From Balanoglossus misakiensis (lineage: Eukaryota > Animalia > Hemichordata), in assembly GCA_040954595.2 (NCBI GenBank), contig CM082577.2, positions 11,751,654 to 11,815,653 on the forward strand: DNA of 64,000 nt, in the 5' to 3' direction. Under the pieces are notes generated by a model, which ran no database searches, was not told the origin of the DNA, and saw only the letters and a program-made list of their open reading frames with translations. Made by a program: the position numbers and the translations under genes. Positions 40,028-52,600 of the stretch are shown piece by piece; position 1 is the first letter of the stretch, and every line of letters starts with the position of its first letter.

Positions 40028-43000
40028 ACGGAAACACTTATTTTGTCACGTGACCCATTTCAAGCAAAAAAGAGAAGAAAAAACAAAACAAGAGAGAGAC
40101 TTCATTTCTATCTTCTGAAATGCAGTGACAGATTTTTAAAAAAGAAATTCAATGAACTTTTACATCCTGGCACTTCTGTGTGAATCTCTAATTAGGTCAT
40201 AGGTCAGTATCGGAGATCAGTGATTGACTGGTGGTCAGGGCCACTTGACGACTTGTAGCAAGTTCACCTTGACATGACGTGTGGTGTCTTTTGAAAAGCC
40301 AACAACTGCCAGACAACCTTTTTTTCATGGAAGTGTGCAAAAGTATTAAAATCAAAAAAGGGAGATTTAAAGCAAAAGATCAGAATTTATCAAGTACAAA
40401 GTAGAATTTGAGATAATTGTAGTTTTAATATCAAATTGTAATGACAGATGTACTAGTTAACAGGGAAGTACAATCTTTTAAATTTGTTTTTTTCATTTTT
40501 TAATCAGTAACTGTGACATTTGGCAATATTCAGTGGATCTATTTAAAATGGGACTGGAATAATCGAGAAACTGTGCGATTTGATATCAGCTTTATCAACT
40601 CACATAAACATCTGCAAATAAGACAACTCATTAGTTTTAAATGATTTCCACTCAAATTCAATATCATGGTTTAGGTAGTAGGTTTGGACTTGTTGAACGA
40701 GAAGAAAAAAAATGGACCAAAGATTGAAACTTGCAGATATTGGAGTGTTATCTGACAATCAACTCAGAAGAAAGAGTGTCCCTTTTTACATTTCAACTCA
40801 AGTCTCTGTGATTTGCTGATTGTATTATCCAACTTTACTGAACGGTGCTCTGAGTACAATTTCCTCTCTTTTTGTTTTTATTTTGTTGTTTTTAGTGTCG
40901 CAGATTGTGCAAGAGCTGTAGACTAGCTGACTACATGAGTTTCAGGTTTTATCAATTGTCCCAACAACACCATCTCGCCCCGCCCTGTTACTTTTTAAAA
41001 CTACATTAACCTTCTATATGAAGAAGAGAAAATTTCATTTTACTCAGTTTTAAGTTTTTAAATCATTGGCCTCTGTGTCTGTAGTGCAAGTCCACTACAC
41101 CCTTTTACCGCCATGGTTTGGTCCAAATTCATTGTTTTCTATGTTGAAGTTGGACCTCTAAAGAGGGAACTGGGGTGAAAGGGGTAAATCTCAACGGACC
41201 ACTACAACCAATGGCTGGAAATTTGCAAGAAGTTTACATGAGATTTGAATCAAAATAGAAGGACTATTTCAGGGGATTATATATTGCCCCAGTTTTTAAA
41301 ACCAAATAGTTACAAAACCAACAATGCTGTCCAAAATGTATATATTTTTGTTCTTTCTGTGGACTCGATCAGAAATGGACACATGCAGTTTTTGAAAAAA
41401 AATGGAAATTAACTGTCGATCAGAGATTGAAATTGCATAGTTTGCCATTTAATGTAGATGTTTAATTGTCAGTTCTGTGCTGAGACGACTGCCCATGGCT
41501 CAGTGAGACTACATCCCAATTAACCTGGAAATATTGCACCCACAATGCCCCGCGATGAACTTTGACCACAATGAACTTTGACCTGAAGCTCGTGTAGTCT
41601 GACTTGATCCTGTAGGGTTAGGAGGAGAATAGACGACAATAATGATGTTTTTTAATGTCACTGTGTACACACACTGTATTGGTGGTATCTCAAGTGTTGT
41701 GACTGACAGAAAGAGAAGAGTCCATTGCCCTCAGACAATGCGACATCAAAAGCTACCTCTAAAAAAAATCTGTTTTAGAGGGTCTCTCACGACGAGTGAT
41801 GGTTGATACACGTGACGAGAATTCTACTTGTGTGTGTATGTCACATACCTAATATGATAGAAGATCCGGAATCTCTTGAAATCTCTTAGTCAGTTTTTGA
41901 AAAGATTTAAACAAGAAAATTGATTTTTTCCCCATTTTCAATATTGTCAATCAAGTTAAACTTTTTTGGATGTATGGCTGTATGTTAGATTGTCATGTGA
42001 AAAAAAATGTAATTTGGAAAACAGAAATACCCAATACTCAGATTGTTAACAGAGAAATTTATTTGTTTCTTGTTATTTATTTATATCTTGTAACTGAGTG
42101 TCAAAGTTCATGGTGCACTAAGTCATTATACATGCTGCTGTCCATAGTAACCCATAGTAACAGACTCTACAGTATTAAGACGTTTCACCTTTTTTTCACC
42201 ATTTTTCTCAAGCATTTCATTCAAACGACAGAGAAAGTGAGAGACAGTTAAAAAGAAATAGATTTTTTTAATCTATTATATTTCTTTCATTTCAGAATTA
42301 TTATATTTATTATTATTATTCATTCATCTATATAAAAAAAATTTAAATAGAATTTTAAGTGCTTTGTTTTGTTTTTTTGTAAAAAGGAAACGATTTCCTG
42401 GAGTGCAATTTTAGCCTCACCGGCAAAACAAAAACAACTTATATCAATCTGTCCAGTGTGTTGATCCTGGTGGTGTATACACGAGGACGTCCAGGTTGAA
42501 TTCTCATCCAATTTTCATTGCTGAAGAGGCTTCCGTATAAAGGCTGTAGTGTAGTCATGGTGACAACCTGATTAAAATAAAAACCGGTCAAGCTATAATC
42601 CACCAACGTGGATTTTCGGTGAAAGAATCTATTTTAGGAAATAAAAAAAAATTAGCGCAATCACAGTTGGTTGTGATGGTTTATTCTGCCCGGCTGAACA
42701 CATGCCACGGAGTGTTGGACGTCCAATTATATTTATTCCTGAGAATAATTTCTGCTGTTAGAATGTGTTTTTATTTTGTAGCAGTTGCTTGTCAATCTCT
42801 ACCTGTAGACTTTTAAAGTAGATTGTTTTTGTTTTCGTTTACATTTCCTTGTTTATATATTTAAAACATCTCACACTTGGTATTCTAAGACAATTTTTTT
42901 TTCCTGTATTTATAAAAAAATCTACAGTAAGTTTCCATGGACTCACTGTGCTAGTGTTGTAATCAGACAAGACAAAAGAATTTGTGCAGTCAATGCATGT

Positions 43001-43280
43001 TTATTTATCAGAAAAAACATTTTGCAGTAGTCTGCCTCCTTTTACTGTAGTTGTATTTTATGTTGCATCAAATGCAATAAAGCAATGTGTATTGCAAATT
43101 TACTCAGTGGCTTCAGCTTATTAATTTTTTTTGCAAGTGTCTCCAGAGAGATGATCCAGTCACTTTAAAGGTCACCTCCAATTTACATATATACCCATAT
43201 ATGGTCAAAAGGACATGTCTGTTTTTGAATACGAATGACCTTGTGGCCATGCACTGTTTTTTCAAGATCTCTAATAAAAT
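40028..43280 (+). other. Probable long RBFOX 3'UTR with several poly(A) signals
   Basis: AU-rich, no credible ORF; AATAAA at 42576, 43076 and 43273. Confidence 0.6.
41099..41187. repeat. ~90-bp mini-MITE-like dispersed repeat, copy 2 (in 3'UTR)
   Basis: Similar to 3336-3427; ACCCTTTTACC...GGTGAAAGGGG inverted ends. Confidence 0.65.
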
Positions 43281-44500
43281 GCAGAGTCACCATGCTAGTT
43301 TATGAAATAGCCATGTCTTAAGCCAATGATTTTAAAATTCTGCCGAGTCAGCATTTCTTATCAAGTTTTTTTTTCTATGGGCAAAAACAATATCAACTTT
43401 GTTGTTTTATGGTGATACCTCACAAACAGTGTGGAAATTTTAGAAAAGCATGCTTATCCATAATTTTCCTCAATGACTTACATAATTTTATCCAAAATCA
43501 GCTAAATTGGTTGAAAATTGAGAGTTCAGACATTTTTTAGCATACCAAGATTTTGCACATGCAATAGTGTAATGTCTTCAAAAAGTAGCAACCAACATGC
43601 AGTTTGAATTGTATGAGTAGAAATTGGTTTCAAGTGATTCCCAATGAAATCCTACGGGGAGGGGAAAATTCGGTGGTTAATGCAATGTGAAAAAAATGAC
43701 GGATATTATTACTGAAGCCAGAGAAGGGACTGAAAATACACCACTGCTAGCTGCCATGACATGTTACATACACACTGAATGATATTATCCCCAAGGTTGC
43801 ACCATATGTCTATTCCCTCTCACAGCCCCTGAGTTTGCAACACTGTTTTTTTTCTCTCTGCAATGCACCTATATTCATTTAATTACAGAGTCAGCATAGC
43901 TGTGTGTGTTGCCAGGGTGTGTTGAACGTCTTGCCCAATTGCAGTCTGGTTCCTCTCCCAATTCTACCACTGGGTGGCGCTGAGTCATGCAGAACAAAAC
44001 CTGTATTAATATTGAAAAATTAATTCAAGTCCGAACTTAAATTCAATTTTTAACAACAACAGTGCATGTTTCTAAAAAGGCTGTATTGAAAAACAAAAAC
44101 CAATATTGGGCAATTCATCTGTTTTTAAAAAAGGAAACAAGTAACCACAGTTGAAACCTACAACAACAATACTGAGAAAATGGCCAAACGTTGGAGTTAG
44201 TGGAAATGACGTAGCTGTGCTGGGTACTTCATTAAAAGGATAAAGATATTACCCTTTTCATACAAACTATTCCATTTCCAATGATCTGAAGATGTAAGAA
44301 TTTGTCAACGATGAAAATGACGCTGATACTTGTACCTGACTGAAAAGTTCTTACGTGGATATGCCTGTACGCAATATATTTTTCCATGTATTCAAAGAAA
44401 GGTCCTGTTTCAAATGAGGTATATCCAGAAAGAAAAGTTCCTTTGTCTCAACAATACTTGCGGTCATGCCCCCTGTTTTTCCCCTGATATTGATTTGATA

Positions 44501-44691
44501 TACTGTAAAACGGGTTATTTACGTGAGCAATAAATTTTCGCGAAATTCGCGAGAGCAAAAATAAAACATGAAAATAAAAAGTTGCGAAAACGTTTTTCGG
44601 AGATAACGATGCTGTGAATGAACGCGAAAAATAATCCTCGCGTAACAGTTGCCCCAAATTTGATATCGCGAAAATAGTCCGTTTTCCAGTA
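44501..44691. mobile_element. MITE, same family as 4971-5182
   Basis: TACTGTAAAACGGGTTATTT...AAATAGTCCGTTTTCCAGTA. Confidence 0.75.
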
Positions 44692-44710
44692 TTTCAAACA
44701 ATTTATCTAA

Positions 44711-45886
44711 GGGACCGTTCAGTTTTTACGGCCGGGGGGGGGGCCCGGCAAAATCCAGGGGGGGGGTCACTTAAATTTTGAAGTCCACAAGGGGGGTCAT
44801 CTGTTTTTTTAAACGTTTAGGGGGGGTCACATACTTTTGCCACCGAACTTTTGCTTTTGAGTCCACAAAATTGCAGTTTCGCACCCTTTATTTTACAAAA
44901 TTTTCTAATGTGGGAGGGGGACACCCCCTCCCACACCCACCCCATTCATTCTCCGCCACATTTCATTTTTTGCTGGTTTGTCTAGTGTACCAGGGCAGAG
45001 TGCTTGCCACCCCAACCCCACCAATGATAATATTTAACAAAGTGAATACATAAAGGAGAATAATTGTGCATAACTGATAGTTTCGCGCTGCATCTTCTAT
45101 ATACTAGAAGTTTTATAAATGATGTCATGACAAGATGACGCCAAATCTTCTAACTTTGAGTGGAGTGGCAAAAAGTAAAATTGGTCCTCCCAAACATTGA
45201 GATATAAATTTACTTTTGAGTTCATTAAAATGCAACTTTGCGCTACATATTTTACAAAATTTTCTTATGTGGGAAGGGGACACCCCCCCCACACCCACCC
45301 CCTCCATTCTTCGCCACATTGCATTTATTCACTGGTTTGTCTAGTGTACCAGGGAAGACTTCTTGCCACCCCACCCCGATGCTTACTTTAAGTGGAGTGG
45401 CAAAATTAAAATTTGTCCTCCCTAACATTGAGTTAATTTGCTTTTGAGTTCATTAAATTGCAACTTTGAGCACCGTATTTTACAAAATTTTCTTATGTGG
45501 GAGGGGGACACCCCACGCCCACCCCCGCCACTTTTCTTGTTTTACCGATTCTAGCAACTATTGTATTGACTTGTCATTTTAATTTGTTCATAGATTTCTT
45601 TATTGCAACGATATACTATTATATACTTCAATAATACTTTAAGAAATATATAATTGAGGTGTGAGGAGCCTCATTCCCTTTATTGCATACAGTGTACATA
45701 GGATCAGGACGGCGAATGTTTTGGGCGTGGGGGGGGGGTCATCATATTTTTGGGTCTGTCAAAGGGGGGGGGGGTCATCATTTTTTGGTCCGGGGTGAAG
45801 GGGGGGGGGGGTCGGCCTGATTTTGAGAACCGACGACAAAAACTTGCCGGCCCCCCCCCCCCTTGCCGTAAAAACTGAACGGTCCC
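44711..45886. mobile_element. PIF/Harbinger-type non-autonomous element with internal repeats
   Basis: TAA|GGGACCGTTCAGTTTTTACGGC ... GCCGTAAAAACTGAACGGTCCC|TAA (22-bp TIR, TAA target duplication); three internal TATTTTACAAAATTTTC..ATGTGGG units near 44889, 45248 and 45476. Confidence 0.88.
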
Positions 45887-47429
45887 TAACCAAGTTAAAA
45901 AACAAGTGGAAGTCTCGAAGTAGAATTTGTTTTATCAAGTTGACTTTTAGGCAATTTCTTTTTTAGTTTAATAGTGGAAATGTGATTATCATACTAAACA
46001 AAAGAAAATCTCAAAATTGCTAAAAAAAGTTTAGTTTACATTCAATAATGGTGAAAAAATCTTTCGACCCTCCCAAAATACTTATTTGAAATGCCGTTTT
46101 TATGTTTCAAAAACTGGCAAAATCTTAGAAAGGTGATTTGATATAGGGCACCTTTACTAAAAATCTAGCCATTGACCCTCAGTTTTTATTCCACAGATTA
46201 AATGTTCAGGGGTCATAGTATCTGCAGTATTAAATTTCAACACAGACAAAGATTTCAACAAGATCAATCAGAGGATCTCTGCTTCCGAGGTGCATTCTAC
46301 CTTAAAATTCAATATCAAATTATAACCACAAAGCATGCAAAAGGGGCTGTCATCTTTCTTGAATATGTGGTACGTGGGGTTTCTCTTTTGTCTTACACGA
46401 AATATGGCTTTTGAAAAGTAACAGGCATTGTTTCTATTCATGCTCGCAGAGACTGTGACTTGATTTTTGATAGTGTCAGGGCGCCCCACGAGGTTGGACT
46501 TGTTACTCCAGTTTGCGCAAATTAGCGCGCATTTTTCTCTTCCTATAAGATTACATTGATAGTTGCTAGAAAAATCACTTTCCTATTGCCATTTTCACGA
46601 AGCACACAGTCCATTAAATAGACTGCAAAAACAAAAAAAAGATCGACTCATTTCGCGTTTCAAAGTTACCTCAAATAGCGCCCTCTCGTCTTGAGATGTG
46701 TCAAGTCAGTGACGTCACAAGAATGTAACAAATTCTCTGTCTGTCTGTCGACGCGCTCTTTTCCTGCTTTTACGTCGGAGGGTGAAGACGTGTCATTCAA
46801 CCCTCCGGCTGTAATTCACATTTAGAGCCAAAATATACTGTAGTATCTTATATCTGCAGTTATCTACTGATAGAGAACAGCTCCCGACGCCACTCGATAC
46901 GGGGTTGTTTGTGAATGATGGGTTATTTCTCGAGTTTTCACGTACCCAAGACCAGCTACATGATTTGAACATTTCCTGCGTGTACGCGGCGACGTAACTG
47001 GTTTGAACCGGTTTCAGTTGGCTACCAAACCTAAGGCAGACTGATTCTAGATATCCTCGTCATCTGGTGGCTGGTTGTGGAACAAAATTTGCCAGGTTGA
47101 AAAAAGCTGTCGGTTGATATGGTGTAAATTTGTCGGCGGTATTTTCACAAAATTTGCCCTTAGGCTTTTGGCGACGAACGAGGCAGAGCAAAATGAAAGA
47201 AATAGTCGATCATTGCCCGCACAGACTTACTCTGGACACGGTACTTCTCACCGAATTACCTGAGACTAATTTGATTAGTCTCGTATAGGTAATTAGTAAG
47301 CTGTGACTGCATTGGTCGACTTACTCTCATGGTTTAATCTAAGTAGTGAGCACGTTTACAATTTGGACATTTTAATTAGCAAAACAATTTGACAGTGGTG
47401 ACGGTGACCCCATGTTATTTGCAGGAAAG

Positions 47430-48832
47430 AACCAGCAGGTTGGGGGGGGGGTGTCCTGTGGAGGACGTTTTTTTTTTGGGGGGGGGGTGACGGCATGAAG
47501 TCACACAGAAATTCTACAATACCTTGTAAAATATAGAAAACAATGTTCCAACAAACTGAAGTAACGAATTTTTTTTGCAAACTTTTATATGTGCAACAAT
47601 TTGAACTTTCTTTTATTTTACAAGAATGCCAATTCATAGTCTCTTAAAGGTAATTGGGAAGTTGGGAGCATTAATTGACTTGCTATCAGGGTTTACTCTA
47701 GTAGTACAAAAATGTAAAGACATTTACAGTTGATAGCAGGGAGGGGTGTGTGTGGAGGATGTTTTTCTGGGGGGGGGGATGACATCATGATGTCATGCAG
47801 AAATTCTATAATACCTTGTGAAACAAAAATGTTCCAACAAACTGAAGTTAAGAAATTGCCACAAAATTTATGAAATCTCATTTTATTTCCTGGAAAACTT
47901 TAGTCATAAATTAGCACTGCCCACAGTGGCACTAAACTGTTCTAGGTAATTCACCACAAGACTGATTAGCCAGTTTTGGCAGTTATATAGCCAACAGACC
48001 TGCATTATTTACTATTTGTTTATAATTATCAAGCCAATATTTAATATCAACAGATAACAAGTAGGTTAAAATATATTATTTTGCCCATGTCAAGTTCAAA
48101 CAAGTTTTTTTTTAGAGTGGGTGGTCTTTTACATGTGCTACTATGTAACTACCTGTCAAGGGCTCCAATAGCCATTACTTGGTGTAAAAGTGGCCCAAAA
48201 CATAAATGGCCCCACCCAAATATATTATCTGTCATTTTCACACTAGACAATTGGGCTGACCAAATTCAGAATTTCAGTTTCAGATCATATAATTTTTTAG
48301 AAATTGGTGACTTCAAAAAATCTTGTACTAGTTCTTTGCCCAATTGATGGGAGCCTAGCAATTGTGTACATGGTATACCATGTAAAGGTATATATAAATA
48401 GATAAAAATAGTCATTGCTCTTGGTCTATCTTGGAGGTTTCCTTTTGTCACCATCTTTACCTTTCTCACTTTATTTCTCTTGCTCAGTACATACTTAATT
48501 TTTTTTTAAAATCCAAACTTTAAAAGTCTTGTATGAAATCACAGTCTCGCAATGTTTACCATTTTCAAGTCTATACTGTCATGCGCTATAGTATTGTATT
48601 GTGTTATAGCAATATACATGAATTGTTCAAACAGAAAGTTCAACCATTTACTAGTTCTTTGCCCAATTGATGGGAGCCTAGCAATTGCCAACATAGTATA
48701 TAAATAGATTAAAATACTCATTGCTCTTTGGTCTATCTTGAAGGTAGCTTTCTGTCATCTTTTTCCTTTCTCGCTTTCTCTTACTCAGTACAAACTTTTA
48801 AAGTCTCCTATGAAATCACAGTTTCGCAATGG
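47430..48832. repeat. Local direct duplications (about 47430-47570 vs 47730-47855; 48325-48560 vs 48648-48832)
   Basis: Shared strings AATGTTCCAACAAACTGAAGT and TACTAGTTCTTTGCCCAATTGATGGGAGCCTAGCAATTG. Confidence 0.75.
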
Positions 48833-49690
48833 GCTGCTCAAGCTATTATTTAAGGTGTGAACGAGCCACAGCATTGTAGTCTTTGGGCCGAACGTGTCTT
48901 TTTTGTCAGGTTACACCAATGGTCTTGCACACTACTTGAAACCAACGAAATCTTGCAGTTTTAACTCAATAAAATAAGTTCTATCTGACTTATTTTTTCT
49001 GAGTAAAATATATATTTATGTAATTTGGAGACACTTTTTTCCATTTTTGGTCAAAAGTAGATTCCTGAAACCACTTGCTTTGAAATTTGTAGGTCATGTT
49101 TCTAGGGATAATCCCAGTCTGATGGTGTAGACCGTTGGTGAAATTTTTGTTCTTGTGACAATTTTATGTCTAAATTTTGTTCTTTGAAACAGCTTGTCAG
49201 ATTGTTGTATGTGAACTTTGGCAGGCATGTTCTTAAGAGAAACAGTAAGATTACTGTTTTGTAATAAGCACAATGACCTTTTTTGGGCACAAAATGTCTA
49301 TTTTGTGTTGAGTGGTGTCAATAGGATTGCCTTTTCTTGCTGATTGATTGCCTTTTCTTGCAATCAGCACCATTTTATTGTTTACATAAAATGGACTTTT
49401 CACGCATCAGATATCTGAATATCAAGAAAACAATTTTTTTATTGTTTTCTAAAATAACCTCTTTTTACGCAAAAAAACCCTGGCCAAAATGGCAGTTTAT
49501 ATTAAAGTGGGGTCAATGAAACCACTTTTTTGGAATGGTCACCTCTTTAGAATTGACTATAGAGAATATCAGGTCACACAATATTAAGTTTGTTTTACTT
49601 TTTTTTCTAAGAATGAACTTTTGGGGGAAAATACAATTTTGTGTTGAGTGAGGTCAATCAGACAGCTTTTCTGGAATCGGCGCCAATTTC

Positions 49691-52600
49691 AATTAAAGCT
49701 GCAAGCAGCGTTGGCGGGGCACAAGCGGTTCCCATGGTGACCAGCAAATACCACGGCTGTATCTGCTGGGGATACAAAGATATGGGAAAGTAGGTCAAAG
49801 GTCACCTAAGGTCACCCTAAATTTGGGCAAAAAAATTGGACCCCATATAAGTCTAGGTCCAACAAAAACAAGACCCCTAGCTCTATTGGTTCGCCTAGAA
49901 TTAGGTATGCGCATAATTAATGAGGTCTTGTGTAAGACTCCCTATGTGCTCCATCTGCCCCCTAAAAGCCAGGACTCTAACTGCTGTGGATGCTGAGATA
50001 TGGGAAAGTAGATCAAAGGTCATCCAAGGTCACCCAAAATTTGGGCATAAAATTTTGATCCCAGAGTGGGCCATGTCCAACTAAAACCAGACCTCTAGCC
50101 CTATTGGTTAGCCTGGAATTAGATATGCAGAAAAATGATGTTTCAGAAATAGGTCAAGGGTCATTGCCAAAATTACCAAAATATTTGTGCCATGTCCTGG
50201 CTGCATTGGTACCCATGTCCACAAAATTCATGACTGTGGTGCTTTGACAAGAGGAGGTATGTGGAATATGCATATATAATTAGTTGTTTTAAAACTGGGT
50301 CAAAGGTCATGTGAAAATTGCCCCGAAAAATTGTGACAACTTCCGGTCATATGATGACTCATATCCAAAAAAAGAATTTCCGTGCTGTCAATATTTTGGC
50401 TACAAAACGGAATTTTCATTTTTCAATGGTTTTCCGAAAATCCAACATGGCCGCCATAATGATCGACCAATCACAGTGTGCTTCGCAAACTTGATAGACA
50501 TAGGTTAGGTGACCACATATCCCAAATCCCGAGACTCGGTAACCGCTGGTTCTGGAGAAGAAGATTTTTAAAGTTTTAGGTAGTTTTTCAGAAAAACAAT
50601 TGTAGCAAAAAAACTTTATGTATGACGTCATGATTTTAATGGGGTAAAATGATGGACATAAGGTAGGCTACCTGCACACCAAATTTGAACTCGATCGGCC
50701 CAGTGGTTTTAGAGAAGGACTCATTTAACGATTTTCAGGAAATCCAATATGGCCGCCAGGTCACGTGACTAATTAAATATTCACGAGCCACTGCACGTCT
50801 ACTCATTGGCCCCTACCACCCTACCAAGTTTCAGCCCCCTAGGTGCTGCGGTTTTCCAGATCTACCTGGCCGAATTTCTCGGAAGAAGAATAATAATAAT
50901 AATAATAATAATTAAAGCTGCAAGCAGCATTGTCCGGGCCCAAGCTCTATTATCTGATCTGATTATTAGATATGCACATAATTAATGAGTAGAAACATCA
51001 AAGGTCACCCAGGGGTCATCCACAATTTGGGCAGAACATTTTGACCCATAGTGGTCCATGTCCAACAAAAACCAGACCTCTAGCCATTTTGGTTAGCCCG
51101 GAATTAGGTATGCACATAAATAATGAGTAAAGCAGGTGTCACAGGTGACCCAAAACTTTGGCTTTTCATTATGGCCCCATACCTCCAAATGCCAAGGCTG
51201 TATCTGCTGTGGATGTCGAGATATGCAAAAGTAGGTCAAAGGTCACCCGAGGTCACCCAACATTTGGGCAAAATATTTTGACCCCATACTGGTCCATGTA
51301 TAACAAAAACAAAATCTCTAGGTCTATCGGTTCATCTGTAATTAGGTATGTGCATATTTAATGAGGTCAGCAGAGGTCAAAGGGGTCATGAAAAGTAGCA
51401 AAATTTTTTGATCACATACAAATCCACATACATCAAAAACCAAACTTATAGCCCTATTGGTTAGCCTGGAATTAGATATGCAGAAAAATGATGCGTCAAA
51501 AGTAGGTCAAAGGTCATTGCCAAAATTACCAAAATATTTATAGCTTATTCTTGTCATATGATGATTCATATCCATAAAAAGAATTTCTGTGCTATCAATT
51601 TTTAGGCTAGAAAGGGAATTTTTACTTTTTAATCGTTTTTCACAAAATCCAATATGGCCGCCATAATCTTCGACCAATCACATTCCCCTTCGCAAACTTA
51701 ATAGACATCTGTTTTATGACCACACACACCAAATCTTGTGACTCGGTTATCGCCCGTTCTGGAGAAGAAGATTTTTGAAATTTTACAATGGTTTTTCGAA
51801 AATCCAATATGGCCGCCATAATCTTCGACCAATCACAATGATCTTCGCAAACTTGATAGACATCAGTTAGGTGACCACATACCTCAAATGGCGTGACTCG
51901 GTTATTGCCGGTTCTGGAGAAGAAGATTTTTGAAAATTTGACCAGATTTCAGAAAAACAACTGTAGCAAAAAACTGCAACATTGACAGCATAATATCCAA
52001 TTACAAAAATGATGGGCATAAGGTATACTAGCTGCACACCAAATTTGAAGTCAATCTGACTTGTAGTTTCTGAGATCTGAGATTTGCATTTTTTCAGAAA
52101 ATCCAATATGGCTGCCAGGTCACGTGACTAATTAAATATTCACGAGCCACTGCACATCTACTCATTGGCCCCTATCTGCCTACCAAGTTTCAGCCTGGTT
52201 GGTGCTGCAGTTTTTGAGATTTAGGTGGCCGAAAAATGGAACCAAGAATAAAGAAGGAAAGAAAGACTGAAAAACCCCAACGAAACCAATAGGGCCCAAG
52301 CGCTGGTATGCGCTTGGGCCCTAATAAAGAAATATAGCTGCAAGCAGCAATAGCGGGCCCAAGCCAACATAGCACATAGCACATAGCATCATAGCAATAA
52401 GCATATCTGCTCTGGATGCCAAGATATGGTTATGTAATTCAAAGGTCACCTGAGGTCATGCAAAATTTGGGCAAGAAATTTTGACCCTATACTGGTCCAT
52501 GTTCAACAAAAACCAAACCTATAGCCCTATTGGTTAGCCTGGAATTAGGTATGCACATAATTAATGAGGTAGGCAGGTGTCACAGGTGATCCCCAATTTT

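Larger units (their letters stand above)
813..43280 (+). other. RBFOX: RBFOX/Fox-1 family gene span (multi-exon, alternative first exons, long 3'UTR)
   Basis: Exons join in frame with GT-AG sites: 19835-19948, 24970-25272, 28509-28649, 30050-30103, 33355-33447, 36257-36311, 37106-37311, 38952-39065, 39983-40027, about 374 aa. The RRM reads [48 protein letters not shown]...EGRKIEVNNATARVMT, the Fox-1 signature. Transcript ends are approximate. Confidence 0.95.
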
